The notes under the pieces: model-generated
Told to the model about the DNA's origin: nothing
Databases searched by the model: none
Seen by the model: only the letters and a program-made list of their open reading frames with translations
Program-made: the position numbers and the translations under genes
Shown: piece by piece, positions 51,161 to 64,000 of the stretch
Layout of the letters: every line of letters starts with the position of its first letter
Position numbering within the stretch: position 1 is the first letter of the stretch
Assembly (NCBI GenBank): GCA_043228905.1
Contig: JBHGNT010000017.1
Span: forward strand, 9,176,001 to 9,240,000
Source: Azolla caroliniana
Lineage: Eukaryota > Plantae > Polypodiophyta
Length of the DNA: 64,000 nt
Direction: 5' to 3'

Positions 51161-53547
51161 CCCTACGGTTCCCTACCTACATACTCCACCACTACATACA
51201 TAGTCTTAGATGGCCGGACAAAAGAACAAACACGTATCAATCAATCAATTCCCTCGCTCGCTCGCTTGCTCGCCTGACATGAGCTCCGCTACAATACTTG
51301 CTTGGCTATATAGCCCCCTTCCTATCCAATACATATACATATATGTACATATGTCATTTGTTAGCCCTTCCTCTCTCTATATGTCCTACCAACCGTTAGT
51401 TTACTTGCCTCCCCTTGCAAACAACCTAGTAAGTATTCTTGAACCATCATCCCATGGAACGAGTATCTTGGCCCTCAGACAACGGTTTCAGGAGGTCGCT
51501 CGTGAATACGGATTGTAGAATATGTGTTGATATAAACAAATCCGCCACGTACAAAGCAGATGCCTTCTCTCGTAGTGGGAATGAAGTGTGCCATTTTAAT
51601 CAACCACAACTAACATTGTTTTGTGTCGATGTTGAGAACAAGGCCAACCCACAGCAAAATCCAAATCCATGGACATGTTTTGCCATTTCCAATAGAGTCC
51701 AAGCCAAAGTTAGAAGTAGACGAAGCTTCATCCTCGACTCCTACTTTGGCCTAGCTAGGCTAAATATACTCGTGGAGAATCTCGATCCCATGACCACTAC
51801 TCAATACATTAACCTCAAAGGAATATCTCACACGCAAATTTAGATTCGTTGGCCTATTTATCAATTTTTTTTGTTTTCCTTAGTGTTTATTTGTGGTGAT
51901 ACTAAGGTGATGGATGCTTGAAGTTCTCATCCCTAGTCCCTTATATATAGGCAATAGTATGTTAACGACAAACTTAGTATGTTAGAAATCATTACCGTAG
52001 CATCATAATTCTTTTGTGGTCGTAGCTTCAATTTCAACAATGTTGTGTGCAAGTATATCCTACATATCTTTTGTACTCATACGCTTTTCAATACATATAG
52101 GGATTCATAGACAAACTTGGTGGATTAGAAATAATTAATGTAGCATAATAATTCTTCTTTAATCATACCTCTAGTTTTGACAACTTAACTATTTTAGCAT
52201 TTGTACAAGCAAGGGTTGAAAACTTAACTTTTCCCAACATAAATTGAACACGATAGTCTTTCTCCACATCATCCCAAAGATCTTATGATATCTATTTGTG
52301 CTTCAAACAACGAAGAATAATAATCATCTTTATCACACTTCACTAATTTTGGTACTTGTACAAATGTCTATCTAAATTTCACTTTATGCATCAATCTATG
52401 TGAAATTGTGAATATTTGGTGCATACACAACAATGAGCTTGTGTATATGTATTTCTTTTTGAATAAGATGTCAAATCATCATTTAAGGATTTTTGAATTT
52501 GATATAATAGATCTTAGATAAAACAAAAATTGACATCCCGGATTATTTCAATTCTCATGTATGAATAGAAGGCGTGATGCATAATCAACTTAAATTGTGG
52601 ACCCAATCTACTACTTTTATGAACCGATATCAAAGCAATCCATGAGATCGAAAGCATTTTTTCTTGTCCTTGTTGTGGATGCTTGACCTATGGTAACCTT
52701 TTTAAGATATAAACCCTAACTCTAGATTGCCATGCTTTGATACAATTGTTGGTTATATTTGAATGGCTAGTAGAGGAAGTATGCATAAAGAAGAACCTTT
52801 TCACATCATATAAGTATATCATATTTCTCTCACACTAAATGTGATTCAATGAGAGAAGGCCATTATATCCATTTGGTGTCAAGTACATGAATAGTACATG
52901 TTATGACATTTCTCGTGTATATACTCTCTTTGTTTTATATATATTATGTAAAATGTTAATGAGAAAATATTCTCAATATTCTTTACATATCAGCGATATA
53001 AATCAATGAGCTATAAGGAGGTATTTTTGGCTCAAATTAAGACATAGCATCTTTTATCATGACATTGATACTCCTAAATATTTGCTTGTATGTTTTGAGT
53101 TCAACATATACAATGACAATGATGACACCATCATGGTTCTCACAATGAACTAATGATATTCAAAAGCATAGGTGTGATGATAACACCAAGAAACCCTCAA
53201 TTCAACCATAGTAGGATTGTTGACACCACAATGGAAGTGTTGGAGTTGGTCTACATGGATTCTTTAACAATATGACGATCTTGTCTAGAACAATGGTACA
53301 CGTTGTGTATGTGATGAAACAAAATAGACAGATATCAATGGAAAGGTTGAGAGAGAGGAGAAACAGAGGGGCACCAAATACAACTTGTATAATTTAAAAT
53401 GAACCAACAGGTACAAAATAGTTACAAAGTTGGTTATACACTAACCGACTTAGGGCAATTGCTCTTTATTCTATTTACAAGAGTAGCCTAACTTAGTTTG
53501 TCCTAGGGAATAGTGTGAATATGTCCATTATATTGCCATATTTGACA

Positions 53548-54600
53548 CTCCCCCGTATTGGGCGTATTACAATAAACTTTAAAAAACTAAAGATACAACA
53601 AAGAGACGATGATATGTTGTCGGCCGAAATATGTACTCTTGTTCTGCTCCCGAATCGGCCGAGCTGAAAGTCACATCTGTGCCCGATTTGTCCAGGCCGA
53701 ATTGTTATGCCCAAATTGATTGGGCCGAAAACTATGCTCATTAGTTGTCAAATTGATCGAAACCTGTTCCGAAAGACATTTGGTCATCCCATTCACAACA
53801 TTGTCGACCGTGGAGATCTTCTCTAGGCCGAGCTTAACTTTAGTTACACAATCCCGAACGACATGATATCGAACATCGATATGCTTCAAGGAGTTGTGAT
53901 GAACCGGATTCTTCGCTAATGCTATAACTCCCTGACTATCGCTGAAGATGACTGAAGCCGAATTAGAGTCGGCTTGCCGAAATGTGCAGGCTAGTCAACC
54001 AAGCCATAACGTTTCCTTAGCCGTGTAAGACATTGCTACGTATTTGGCCTCGGTCATCAAAGTAACCGTGCACTCTTGGAGTTTCGACCTCCATGAGATT
54101 GCTCTATGTCTGAATTGGAAGAAGTATCCAGATGTGGACTTTCGGTTGTCCAGAGAGCCAACAAAGTCCAAGTCGGTATAACCGACTAAGCCCGAAGTTT
54201 TGTTCAGTCTAAAGAGGATGTCAAGGTCTAAAGAGGATGCCCACTAAATATTTGAATATATGTTTAACTGCATTCTAGTGTGGTCAGCCGGGGTTGTGCA
54301 TGAATATGTTTACGACTCCAACGACATAGCGTACATTAACAAGACAACAACCGGTGCATACGGTACCAACTTCATATGATCCCCCTCTAGACCAGATCTC
54401 GGACAATCTCTCTGAGATATTCGAAGGTTGGGTGGCAATGGGGTCAGAGCAGATCGAGCTAACTTCATGTGGAAGCACTCTAGAATTTTCCAGATATAGT
54501 CATCTTGGAACAAAAACAATTTTGTTTCATCACGATGTCGACAGATCTTCATTTTGAGAATGTGCCGCGTGGGACCTAAGTCCTTCATAGCAAACTTCAA
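53548..54600 (-). pseudogene. Copia RT/RNase H remnant with PPT; its LTR begins at 53547 and runs leftward
   Basis: KFAMKDLGP and KHIDVRYH motifs; minus-strand GGGGGAG|TGTCAAA. Confidence 0.8.
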
Positions 54601-57600
54601 CCGACATAGTTGCCAAACAAGTTCGACAAGCTCGTCAATTAGGTACTAGGTAATCATTGTCTCGTAGTTAGTGTCAGTCGCTCGTATGAGCATTGAAGTA
54701 CATAGTACTTCTGTCGGTCCTTTTGAGGACTTGTATAAATAGTGTTGTTGAGCACATTCTATGTACAGAGTTACAGAGTGTTTTTATTATTTTGAATCTA
54801 CGTTTACGTTCTGCTCTCTCTGTCTCTCCCACGTATAATCTTTGTGTATTAAGCTTCTCCATTAAACCTTCATCTTATTCTCTGCTGCTATCCGGTTGAG
54901 CCGGTTCTGTCTAAACGCTTCCGCACATTAACATTATCATGGTATTAGAGCGCGAGGGTTGAGAACCTCTGCAACCGACACTTGCTTTCGTGGACGAACC
55001 TTAGAACCCGGTAACAATAGACAGAGAGAAGATATGGACAGAGGAATGGCAAGTTCACTTCCAACTGCGAAGCTCGACCGGAAATACGCATCCTAGTCAT
55101 ACAAGATGCATGAGTACCTGTTGGGGCATGGATATTGGAGCTTCGTGGAAGGAATGAACGAGGTAGCGCCAAAGCCGACACACGAGGACTTCCTAGTATG
55201 GGAGCAAGGAGCGAGCCAAGTATTGTATTGCCTCGCGTCCTGTGTGCACGACCAGATGCTCAGCTACATAAAGGATGCAAAAACACCGAAGGAGGCCTAG
55301 GGAAATCTGAGGAAGATTTTCACCACGAGTACCATAGCCCATAAGTTGCAACTCCGGCAAAGAGACATGTCAGTTAAGGATTACACCACCAAAATAAAGG
55401 AGATTTGTGACGCACTTGGGTCCATCAACATGATGGTGGACGAAAACAAGATGATACAAATCTGCCTCGGTGGTCTAGCGCAAAGGTACGGGCCAATCTG
55501 GACAACGATCTCCACCCAGGAGAAGTCACCGACTTTCTTCAACTTGCGATCGATGCTGATGATCGAAGAAAACCACGCAAGTGGGTCTAGGACCACTCAA
55601 TTAGACGACCGGATGTTGTACACGGAGACAGATTGACCCCATGGACGTGGCAGACGAGGTGGGTCGGCACGCAATGGAGGCGGCCGGCAAGAGTAGGACC
55701 AGAGGCACAGAGGTAGTGCCGACACCAGTTCCGAACCCTCCACAAGCAGGGGGAGTCAAAGCGGCGCCGGGAACTGGCAAGGAAAGGCCAACACGGAATG
55801 TTGGTACTGTGGCAAGAAAGGCCACAGGGAAAGCAAGTGCTGGAAGAAGTGCGCCGATTCGGACAGCAAAACCGGTTGGGAAAATCGACAAAGCTCACAC
55901 TACGCGGAAGGAACGGAAGGATCCGGAACCGGGAAGACCGGTAAAGGGCCAACCTTCATGATGAAGCACAAGGCTAACTCGATGAAGAAGGCTAATTCCA
56001 AATCGGAGGAAGTATGGTACGTTGATTCTGGAGTGTCCAACCACATGACTAGCCATGAACAGTGGTTCTCTTTTTTGGAGAAACCAGAACAACCAGGGAT
56101 TGTCGAAATCGGAGATGACACCCCTCATCCGATTGTGCATGTCGGAGAAGTCCCTTCAAGCCATGTCGGACAAAAGGAGAAGCCGATAAACGTATTACAC
56201 CTTCTGACAATCACAAAGAACCTGGTGTCGGTTGGACAAATCGTCAACCAGGGGATGTAGGTGCGGTTTACGCACCTTGGGTGCTTAATCGAGGAAGAAG
56301 GCCGGATAATTGTGCAAGGGCATAAAGATGGGAGGATGTTCATCCTCAACACTAATGACGTCAGCACCACTATGTTTGCGAAAGGGCAGAAGGTCGAGTC
56401 GGACATCGACCTGTGGCACAAGCGGATCGGCCACGTCAACTACCAGAGGCTTTAGGACCTACAATCGAAACAAGTTGTTTTCGGTTTGCCAAAATTTAGC
56501 GGCCAGAAAGCTGAAATTTGTGAAGCCTGCCAACTCGGGAAGCAACACCGGCTTCCATTCCCCACTGAATGAAATCGGAGCCGTAACATGCTTGACCTAA
56601 TCCATGCTGATGTATGGGGACCGACATAGAACGTTAGTCTTGGCAGGAGTCGATACTTCGTCTCCTTCATTGACGACTATAGTCGGCACACGTAGATCTA
56701 CCTTATCGAGAGCAAGAGCGAAGTCTTCGAGTGTTTCCGGAACCTTCAAAGCTTGGTTGAACGGGAAACGGAGAGGAAGATCAAGTGCCTGCGGTCAGAT
56801 GGTGGAAAAGAATACTTTTCCGGTCAATTCAATAGTTATCTACAGCAGAACGGAATTCGGAGAGAATTCAGCTGCCGATACACACCGGAGCAAAACGGTG
56901 AGGTCGAGAGAAAGAACCGGTCGATTGTCGACGCGGCAAGGGCAATGCTGGAGGAGAAGAGCATGCCCCAATTCTACTGGGCTGAGGCGGTCCGAATGAT
57001 TGTCTACATCCAAAACCGGATCGGTGACATGGTGTCCGCACATGAGATGCATTTCGGGCAGAAACCGAATTTGAGGCACCTTCGGATATTCGGTAGCATA
57101 GCATATGTGCATGTACCGAATGAGAAGCGGAGGAAGCTGGACCTGAAGTCGGAAAAGTGCATCCTAGTAGGTTACTTGCATGAGCGAAAGGGGTATAAGT
57201 GCTATAACCCCCGGACTAAGTAGGTCCGAGTAACCGAGATGTCGAATTTGATGAGACAACATCATGGTAGTCACTGACTCCAACTCCCAACGAAGACCCG
57301 ATTCCAGAAGATGAGGCTAGTGAGCCTGAGGAGGTCCAAATAGAAGATGACGAGCTTGAGACTCTAGAAGAGAGTCCAGAATCGTTTCAGTTGAGCGGAC
57401 CGAACGAGTGGCTGGGGTCAAAGTGACCAGTCAGTTGAGGAACCGACGAGTAGTGGAGACTCTGCCGTGCTCTCCCCGCGCAAGGAACCGAGGAGATGGT
57501 TCATGCGCAAAGAGAAGGGAAAGAAGAAGATGCCGGAATACGAAACTGGCAACGTTGAATCGGATTAGAGCGAATCCAACTCTGGAAAGGTTGAAGGCGG

Positions 57601-57709
57601 ATCTTCAGCAACGAAGTCTGAACCGGCCAAGAAGGGCCCCAAACCGGGTGATGACAAGTTACGCCGGTCTTCCCGCCAGAAGAACCCCGTTATGCGGTAC
57701 GGGTACAAT
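54601..57709 (+). mobile_element. Degenerate copia E, same family as C (partial LTR, PBS at 54940, gag-PR-INT), cut off by the gypsy-3 insertion
   Basis: TGGTATTAGAGC PBS; peptides collinear with C; many stops. Confidence 0.9.
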
Positions 57710-58332
57710 TGTTAACCATTTCTGGGGGAACACCTTCGATGAGCCCACAGACTATCGGTGTCAAGGGATCGTGTTACGTGGAAGCCTCTTCTACACCGGG
57801 GAAAAGAAAGGAGAATGAGGAGCGTACACGGGCTACAACCCGTTAGGTATAAACGTAGCTCGATTTATGAGTATGGGGAGAATACACAGATAGAAGATTA
57901 GAAAAACGAAACTTATATTAAATGATAAAGCTCACAATGATTATAGTACTCAACTCTCGGCTGGAAATAGTTCGTACAGAGCTTGCTGCTAGGATATTAC
58001 TCTCGCTAAGAATGATCTAGATAATCCCCCCTTGGGTTATCCATAACTCAGGTTATATAGTTTTCCTCTTGAGACCGAGCCGAGCCATCAGCTGATTGTG
58101 AGGGCTAAAACACGACTATCTATTTCCTCACCTACTCTTCTACCTAACGGTGAGTTTACATAATGTATTTATATTTTTGGCCTATGGACAACACCTGGCA
58201 CGCCCGTGGGACAGGACTTTGTCCGTCGGACCCACGGTTCACAATGTGGAGCGGTAACCATGGATTTGGCAAAACAAATTACAAAAATTGCCCGTTTATA
58301 CAAGGGCTGATAGGTTTGTTTTTACTCCTCTT

Positions 58333-61300
58333 CTAATCAGGAGTGCGGGCTTGGTCTGGTTGCTCGAAAGGTGGGGTTGGTGATGGAGGTTTTGTTGCCG
58401 AATCGGGGATGGCTGTATCGTCGTGTGCGCCGTCCTCTGTTGGTACCGATTCAGGCAGGGTCATGGTTGTAGTTTGTGGCTCGGGTGGGATGTGGGGGTC
58501 TGTATGGGTAGGTTCCTCCAGTTTGGCTTCCGTGGTGGGCGGCTCGGGTCCCTGCTCCTTGGTCGTGGGAGCTCTGTTAGTCCCGGTAGCTAAGCATTCC
58601 TCCTCGTACGCTTCGGCTTCTAAGAGAAACACCATTAGATCGTCGTTGAATTCCTCTAAAAGTTGCTCGATGGCCGCGGTGTGGGATGTTGCTAAGGTAT
58701 GATATTCCTCAGTCAAGTCTTCATGGAGGGTTTGGATGCTGGTGTCATCCATTTTGTAAAACCCTCAGCCCTCCTTCCGTTGGTTCTCGGCATCCGCACG
58801 TAGTATGTGTAGTTCCACGGCTTGGGCTGACCACTCCAACCAAACACGGTCAAGCGTTTCCTCGATCTTCTTGGTGAATTGCTGGCGATACTTCTTGATC
58901 AGAATCTTGATTTTAGTATCGTCCATGCCGATGCTAGCTCGATGAACTTCCACTTCTTCCCTTGCGGCCTTGGCTTCTTCTTGGCTTTTGCGAACGAGGA
59001 GCGCTAAAGTAGCTTGATTATCTTTTGCTTTTTTGGTGATGAGCGTGATTGTCTACTCATAACGTTTGGTGAGCTGAGCTACAGTTTTGTCCATGTCCTG
59101 TCTCCAAGCGTCCCGATGTTGTTCTCTGGCGGCGATGTGCTCTGTTTGCAACTGGTGATACGCATCGGAATTTTTTTCTCTTTGCTCTTCCGAGATCCTC
59201 CATTTCTGCATGTGTTCATTTGCCAATTCTTGTACTGCCCTTTGGTGACGTCGTAATTCCTGGTTGTCTGCGAAGAGCTTGCATTCCCGTTGGCTATTCC
59301 GCTCTGCTTCTTTGATGAAATGTTCTTTGGCCTCGGTGATAGAGACTTGAAGGTTCATCACCTCTCTTTCTCGTTCTTGGAGTGCGGCCGACCTTTCAGC
59401 AAGCAATCGCTTGAGGTCAACTTCGTGGCCCGCGGCTTGTTCCCGTAGCTGGCCAAGAATGTTGTTGTGGTTCTGTTCTACCAACTCGGCCAACGCGATT
59501 TGGGCCTTAAGCTCCTCCTAGTAATCTCGAAGGGGAGGCCCTGTCTGGGTTGCCGCTTGCTAGATTCGGGGAGGGGTTTCCTTGTCCGTCTGTGTCGATC
59601 GTTCCATGACGACAGGTGGTGGTGGCGTTGCGTGGAGGCATGGCTAGTTTGGGTGTGCAGTCTTATCTCTGCCCATGACGAAGACTCGCTTGTCTGTACC
59701 AAATCCGTCATTGTGCTGGCATCGACCGTGGCTACCTTGGGGTGAGCTGTACGGTCTTTGTGTGCTTCGGTACCTGTAGCATTCAGGCTCGGGTTTGGAA
59801 GAGTGGCTGGCGAGACATCGTCACTCGGCGCAGGGAGGCTTTTCTGGATGTTGTTGCTTGAATGACGCCAGTTTCTCCTCGGCAGCTTGCCATAGCTCGG
59901 TAGCCCGTTTGGCTTGCTGATGCATTGTTTTGATCCGTCGGGCCATGTCCTTGGCCGCCGGAGTAGTGTGGTGCAGATTTCGATATGCCACGATAAAGGC
60001 TGTGTTCAGATCGGGTAGCTCCATGAGGAGAGAAGCATTCTGTGCTTTCTTCTTCCGTCCTATCTTCTATAAGGCTCGATCCTCGTGAGGTTCGATTTCT
60101 CCCATTAGATCGCGTTGGATCATCTTTGTTTCCGCGTGGTCCTCGGCCATACGAGCGGCGGCAATGACGTGGGCACGCGCAAGAAAATCCATGAACTCAT
60201 ATGTTGTGCCCAGTCGAAGTAATGCACTAAACTCGTATGCCTCCGCGGGGAGATCTTTGTAACCAAGGACTTCCTCCCCTGATATCTGCGTGGTTTGTCC
60301 ATGCTTGATCCTACCGACTTGGAGTCATGACTCCGCTGGTACCAAGGCCGTGGATGTCGGGTTGGCCTCTTTTGATTTTTGAGGATGGTTGGCCTCGGTT
60401 GCTGTGTTTGACTCTCGAATGATGCGGTGTCTTTTTGGTGGCTGATCCTGTGAGTTCGGGGCCGGTGGTGTTGGCTCCTCGGCTTCTTTCCTCTTTTGTT
60501 GCCATATGCCCGAGTGCTACTGGCTTGTGGGCCATGGGCTCAGTTGTGGAGAGGGTATTGATGTCCTTGGCGTTTTCTAGCGTATGGTGACATCCTCGGT
60601 GATGGGCTCCTCGGCCTTGTCCCATTCGACACGGGTCGCTGTTAACGCCCATTGTTTTTGTGTTTTTGGTGGGGGTGGTGCCAGGGCGGAAGTAGGGTTC
60701 CAGATGGCCGAGGGAGGTGGAGAAGGCGAGGGAGGGGTCTTCCCATTCTTCCTGTGTTAACACCAAAGTCTTCTCCCGTTGTTTCCTTGGTGGTGGTGGG
60801 GAGGTCAGGATGCGACGAGGGGAAACCGAAGGAGGTGGGTAGAGGATTGTGAGGAAGTGATTAATCACAGGCAACAAGCGCTTACCGGTTTGAAAAGATT
60901 CGAGCGCCACACTGACTCCTTCGCTGGTGATGATTCCCCAATCGATTTTGTCGCCTTCATACGTCTAGATGATGATGGCAGCTTTGTTCTGTGGGATTGG
61001 TATGCATAGAGGCGTATTCCATCAAAATCCGAGCGATCTCCCCAAAAGCTTTGTTTGGCCCTCCGTAAGTGCGGTAAGCTTTACCCGACATCGAATACAT
61101 CCCAAAATATTCCATGATGATCGAGTGGGGAGGGATTTCGAACTCATGGTCTCTGCCCTGTGCAAGGTCCAGAGCCGCTCAAATCATGTTGTTGGATACC
61201 GTGTCAAGGTCGATTCTGCGTGCTATCGCCGGGGCGTCAGGGTGCGTTGGGGCGTCGATGACCCGTAAGTACCCACCCAGTCCTCGTTGTTGTAGCCAAG

Positions 61301-61511
61301 AACAGGTTTCCGACGATGCGGTGAGAGGCATGGTGGATGCGAAGGTTTGCTGGATGGAGGTGTGGGGGGAAGCGATGAGACGAGGGCGAGACAGAGCGTT
61401 AGGGGAACGTTGTTGGTCTGTATAAGGGCTACGAGGGCAAGAGGTAGGAGTTCGTTTGTAGGGGCGATGAGAACGAGATAGAGTTGCGGAGCTTGAAGGC
61501 GGTGAAGGCAA
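58333..61511 (-). pseudogene. gypsy-3 3' accessory coding region: broken long ORF (globular domain, Pro-rich linker, coiled coil) plus a small acidic ORF at 58333-58752
   Basis: Consecutive minus-strand ORF pieces; E/Q/R/K-rich helical segments at 58765-59493. Confidence 0.6.
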
Positions 61512-61829
61512 GAACGTGTCTGAGTGAGTGGGCGCGTTGTGTGTGGGGTAGTTTCTTTTATGTGACTACCTAGGGTTTTGTGCAGGGAGAAGATCCTTGA
61601 GATTCCTGGTCGTGGCTGCCATAATAAGGTATTATGCCCACGCGTCCCAGGAGTGCTAGTATGGTGTGCATGCTCCTTAAATATTCTATTTTAAAGTGGA
61701 TGTGACTAGTTGGTGTGCCTAAAAAAAAATCGCGTGATTTGGGGTGATTAGTTAGGTAATTTTAGGTAATGCTAATTTAACTACTAAAAATCATTCCTAC
61801 TATATACATTTGGTGGGTAGGTCATGATT

Positions 61830-64000
61830 TTACCAATAGGGACACGTGGCCTCATTTGAGGCGTCGTTCGTGTTATGGTCCATGCCGTCGGTCTCGGCGA
61901 AAGGATTAACTAGGGTCGTCCCGTGGTAAGGTCGAAGTCGGAAGCCATTTACCCAGCTCTTGACGATGTCTCCGGCAAGTGTGCTGAGTTGGAATGTGCC
62001 GTTAAACTCGTCAATGATCCAGAAGGGGACTATCCATCGGAATCGTAATTTACCCGGGATAGCACCGAGTCGTGTTTGGAAGACCAACACCGGTTTGCTG
62101 ATGGTAAGTGCTTTCTCCGTACCCTTTCGATGTCGATCGACGAAGGCTTTGCGTTGTCGTTGGCGTTGCTCCAGGTGAGCCATGTTGGCCACTCGTTGTT
62201 TGCCAAGTTCGAGGAGTTGTTCGAGCTGATATTGCTCTGATTGAGCCTCGGGTAGCCTTTCCTTAACCTGAACTCCGAGACTCGGAACTTGGAACTCGAT
62301 TGGCATGACTGCTTCCAAACCAAAGGCCATCCGAAAGGGTGTAGACTGAGTGCTAGTTTTGAATGTGGTGGGATACGCCCATAATGCACTCTGGAGCTTG
62401 TCATCCCAATCGGTGCGGTTCTCATTGATGATCTTTTTCAGGATTGTTTGCAAAATTTTATTAGTCGACTCCGCCAATCCGTTTGCCTGTGGATAGTACG
62501 ACGTACTTTTCTTATGTACGACTGCGTAGTGTGTAGTGAGTTTGTGAATTATGTGGTTTAGAAAATGCCCGCCTTGGTCACTAATGAGCTCGATTGGGCA
62601 TCCATATCGGCACCATAGATGTTCGTATACGAATTTTGCAGTGGATGCAGCGGTATTGTCCCGCAATGCCTTAGCCTCGACCCATTTTGTGCAATAGTCT
62701 GTGGTCACGATGATGTATTTGTTACCGGTGCGGGCCGCGGCTGGTTTAAAAGGTCCTACAAAATCTAACCCCCACTTTTGAAAGGGCTCTAACAGAAAAA
62801 TGGGTTGGTGCGGCATCCAGGCTTGCTCGGTTGGTTGTCCCATGCGTTGACATAGATCACATTGTCGACAAAATTCATGAGCATCTTTTTTTGTTGTGGG
62901 CCATCACAAGCCACTCTACCATATTTTTCTTGTCGCGGCCTCTCCAACGTAATGTCCCCCCACGATTCCGTGATGTGCCTCATGGAGGATTGCGGGTTTC
63001 TCAAATTGACGGATTGCACGGCGCTAGATGCCATTCGAGCCTTTGTGGTAAAGAGTGTCGGAGACGAGACAGAAATTTCGGCACCTGACAGCTAGTCGTT
63101 TCCGAGCGTCGAGGGTCAAGTGGTCAGGAAGAAGGCCTGTGTTGAGAAAATGGGTAATCTCTGCGACCCATTCGTCCTCATTTGTGTCTGGCACCGTTGC
63201 GAGACTGAAAAGGGCGGCATCAGGTAAATCATCGTACGTGGACACGACTAGTTCGCCTGACTCAAGGTGGCTCAGGTAGTCAGCTACGGCGTGTTGGACG
63301 CCGGGCCGGTGCTGGATCTGAAAATCAAACTCCTGTAGCAGGAGCATCCATCAGGCCAAGCGACCTGTGAGGGCTTGCTTATTAACCAAGTAGAGGAGGG
63401 TCGAGTGGTCGACGTGGAATGTGAAGTTCCGTCCCAAGAGATAATGCCGGAATTTGTTGATGTTGTAGACCATACTGAGGGCCTCACGTTCAGTGGTTGA
63501 GTAGTTCTTTTCCGCGGCCGAGAGTCGTCGGCTAGCATAATACATTGGCTGGTACCAATTTGGTGGTGTGCGTAGCATGAGCGCACTGCCGATGGCTATA
63601 TCTTATGCGTCTACGAAGACGTGAAAAGGTTCTGACCAGACCGGTGACTGTAGCACAACGGCATGGGAGAGCATTAACTTCAAGCCTTGGTACGCCTCGT
63701 CTTCTATTGAAGACCATTGAAATGGGATTCTAAGCACCGCCGCGTGCAAAGGAGTCGCGAAATCGGCCAAGTGTCGCAACATCCGGCTATGCCATCTAAT
63801 TTGGCCCAAGAATATGCTGAGAGCCTTCGCGATAGAAGGCACGGGGGCATTTAGAATGGCCTGCACTTTATCCGGGTCCATGGCGATACCTTCCTGGCTG
63901 ACTATGTGCCCAAGCAGGTTGCCGCTTGTCACCAAGAATGCGCATTTTGCCAGATTTAAGCTCAAACGAGCGTGTCGACATCGTTCGAGACAAAGCTGTA
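61830..64000 (-). pseudogene. gypsy-3 RT C-terminus, RNase H and integrase
   Basis: LLGHIVS, HVFVDA, NYSTTEREAL, KWGLDFVGP, SDQGGHF, YYPQANGLAE; in-frame stops. Confidence 0.92.

Larger units (their letters stand above)
57710..64000 (-). mobile_element. Non-chromovirus Ty3/gypsy element (gypsy-3), 3' part, continuing beyond the window
   Basis: LTR 57710-58193 (TG...CA, minus-strand CTATATAA); RT end, RH and INT on - at 61830-64000; accessory ORFs in between. Confidence 0.88.

Noticed and set aside
51439-51843. ORF containing RICVD and ADAFSR, reminiscent of gypsy RT/RH motifs
   Set aside because: The motifs are too short and too close together; no other support.
52735-53547. Possible further copia LTR/PBS remnants (GCTTTGATACAATTGTTGG)
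   Set aside because: Too degenerate to define boundaries or a TSD.

Overview
Eukaryotic, intron-containing land-plant nuclear DNA. The retrotransposon types suggest a non-seed plant such as a fern; this is inference only. About two-thirds of the window is LTR retrotransposon. Bases 370-39537 form a 4-5 level nest: a decayed Ty3/gypsy carrying two solo LTRs of one family and a Tnt1/Tork-like copia, with one solo LTR split by a second copia (16186-33288). That copia in turn holds a Gag-only non-autonomous element (17634-21156), a solo LTR (22401-22818) and an intact, very young Ty3/gypsy (23170-30494). A gene island follows: a 6-exon vicilin-like bicupin gene (41208-43821, -), a deleted hAT element and a 4-exon UBC8-class E2 gene (48079-50874, -). 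The window ends with more copia debris and a minus-strand gypsy. Most notable: (1) an autonomous/Gag-only pair sharing a tRNA-Trp PBS, a pre-PPT hairpin, the 4-bp TSD ACGC and an antisense Pol III-like A/B-box cassette in otherwise dissimilar LTRs; (2) a gypsy whose PPT position holds a tRNA-Arg 3'-end-like sequence; (3) a second aspartic-protease ORF downstream of an integrase. All alignments were made by eye and no database searches were run.
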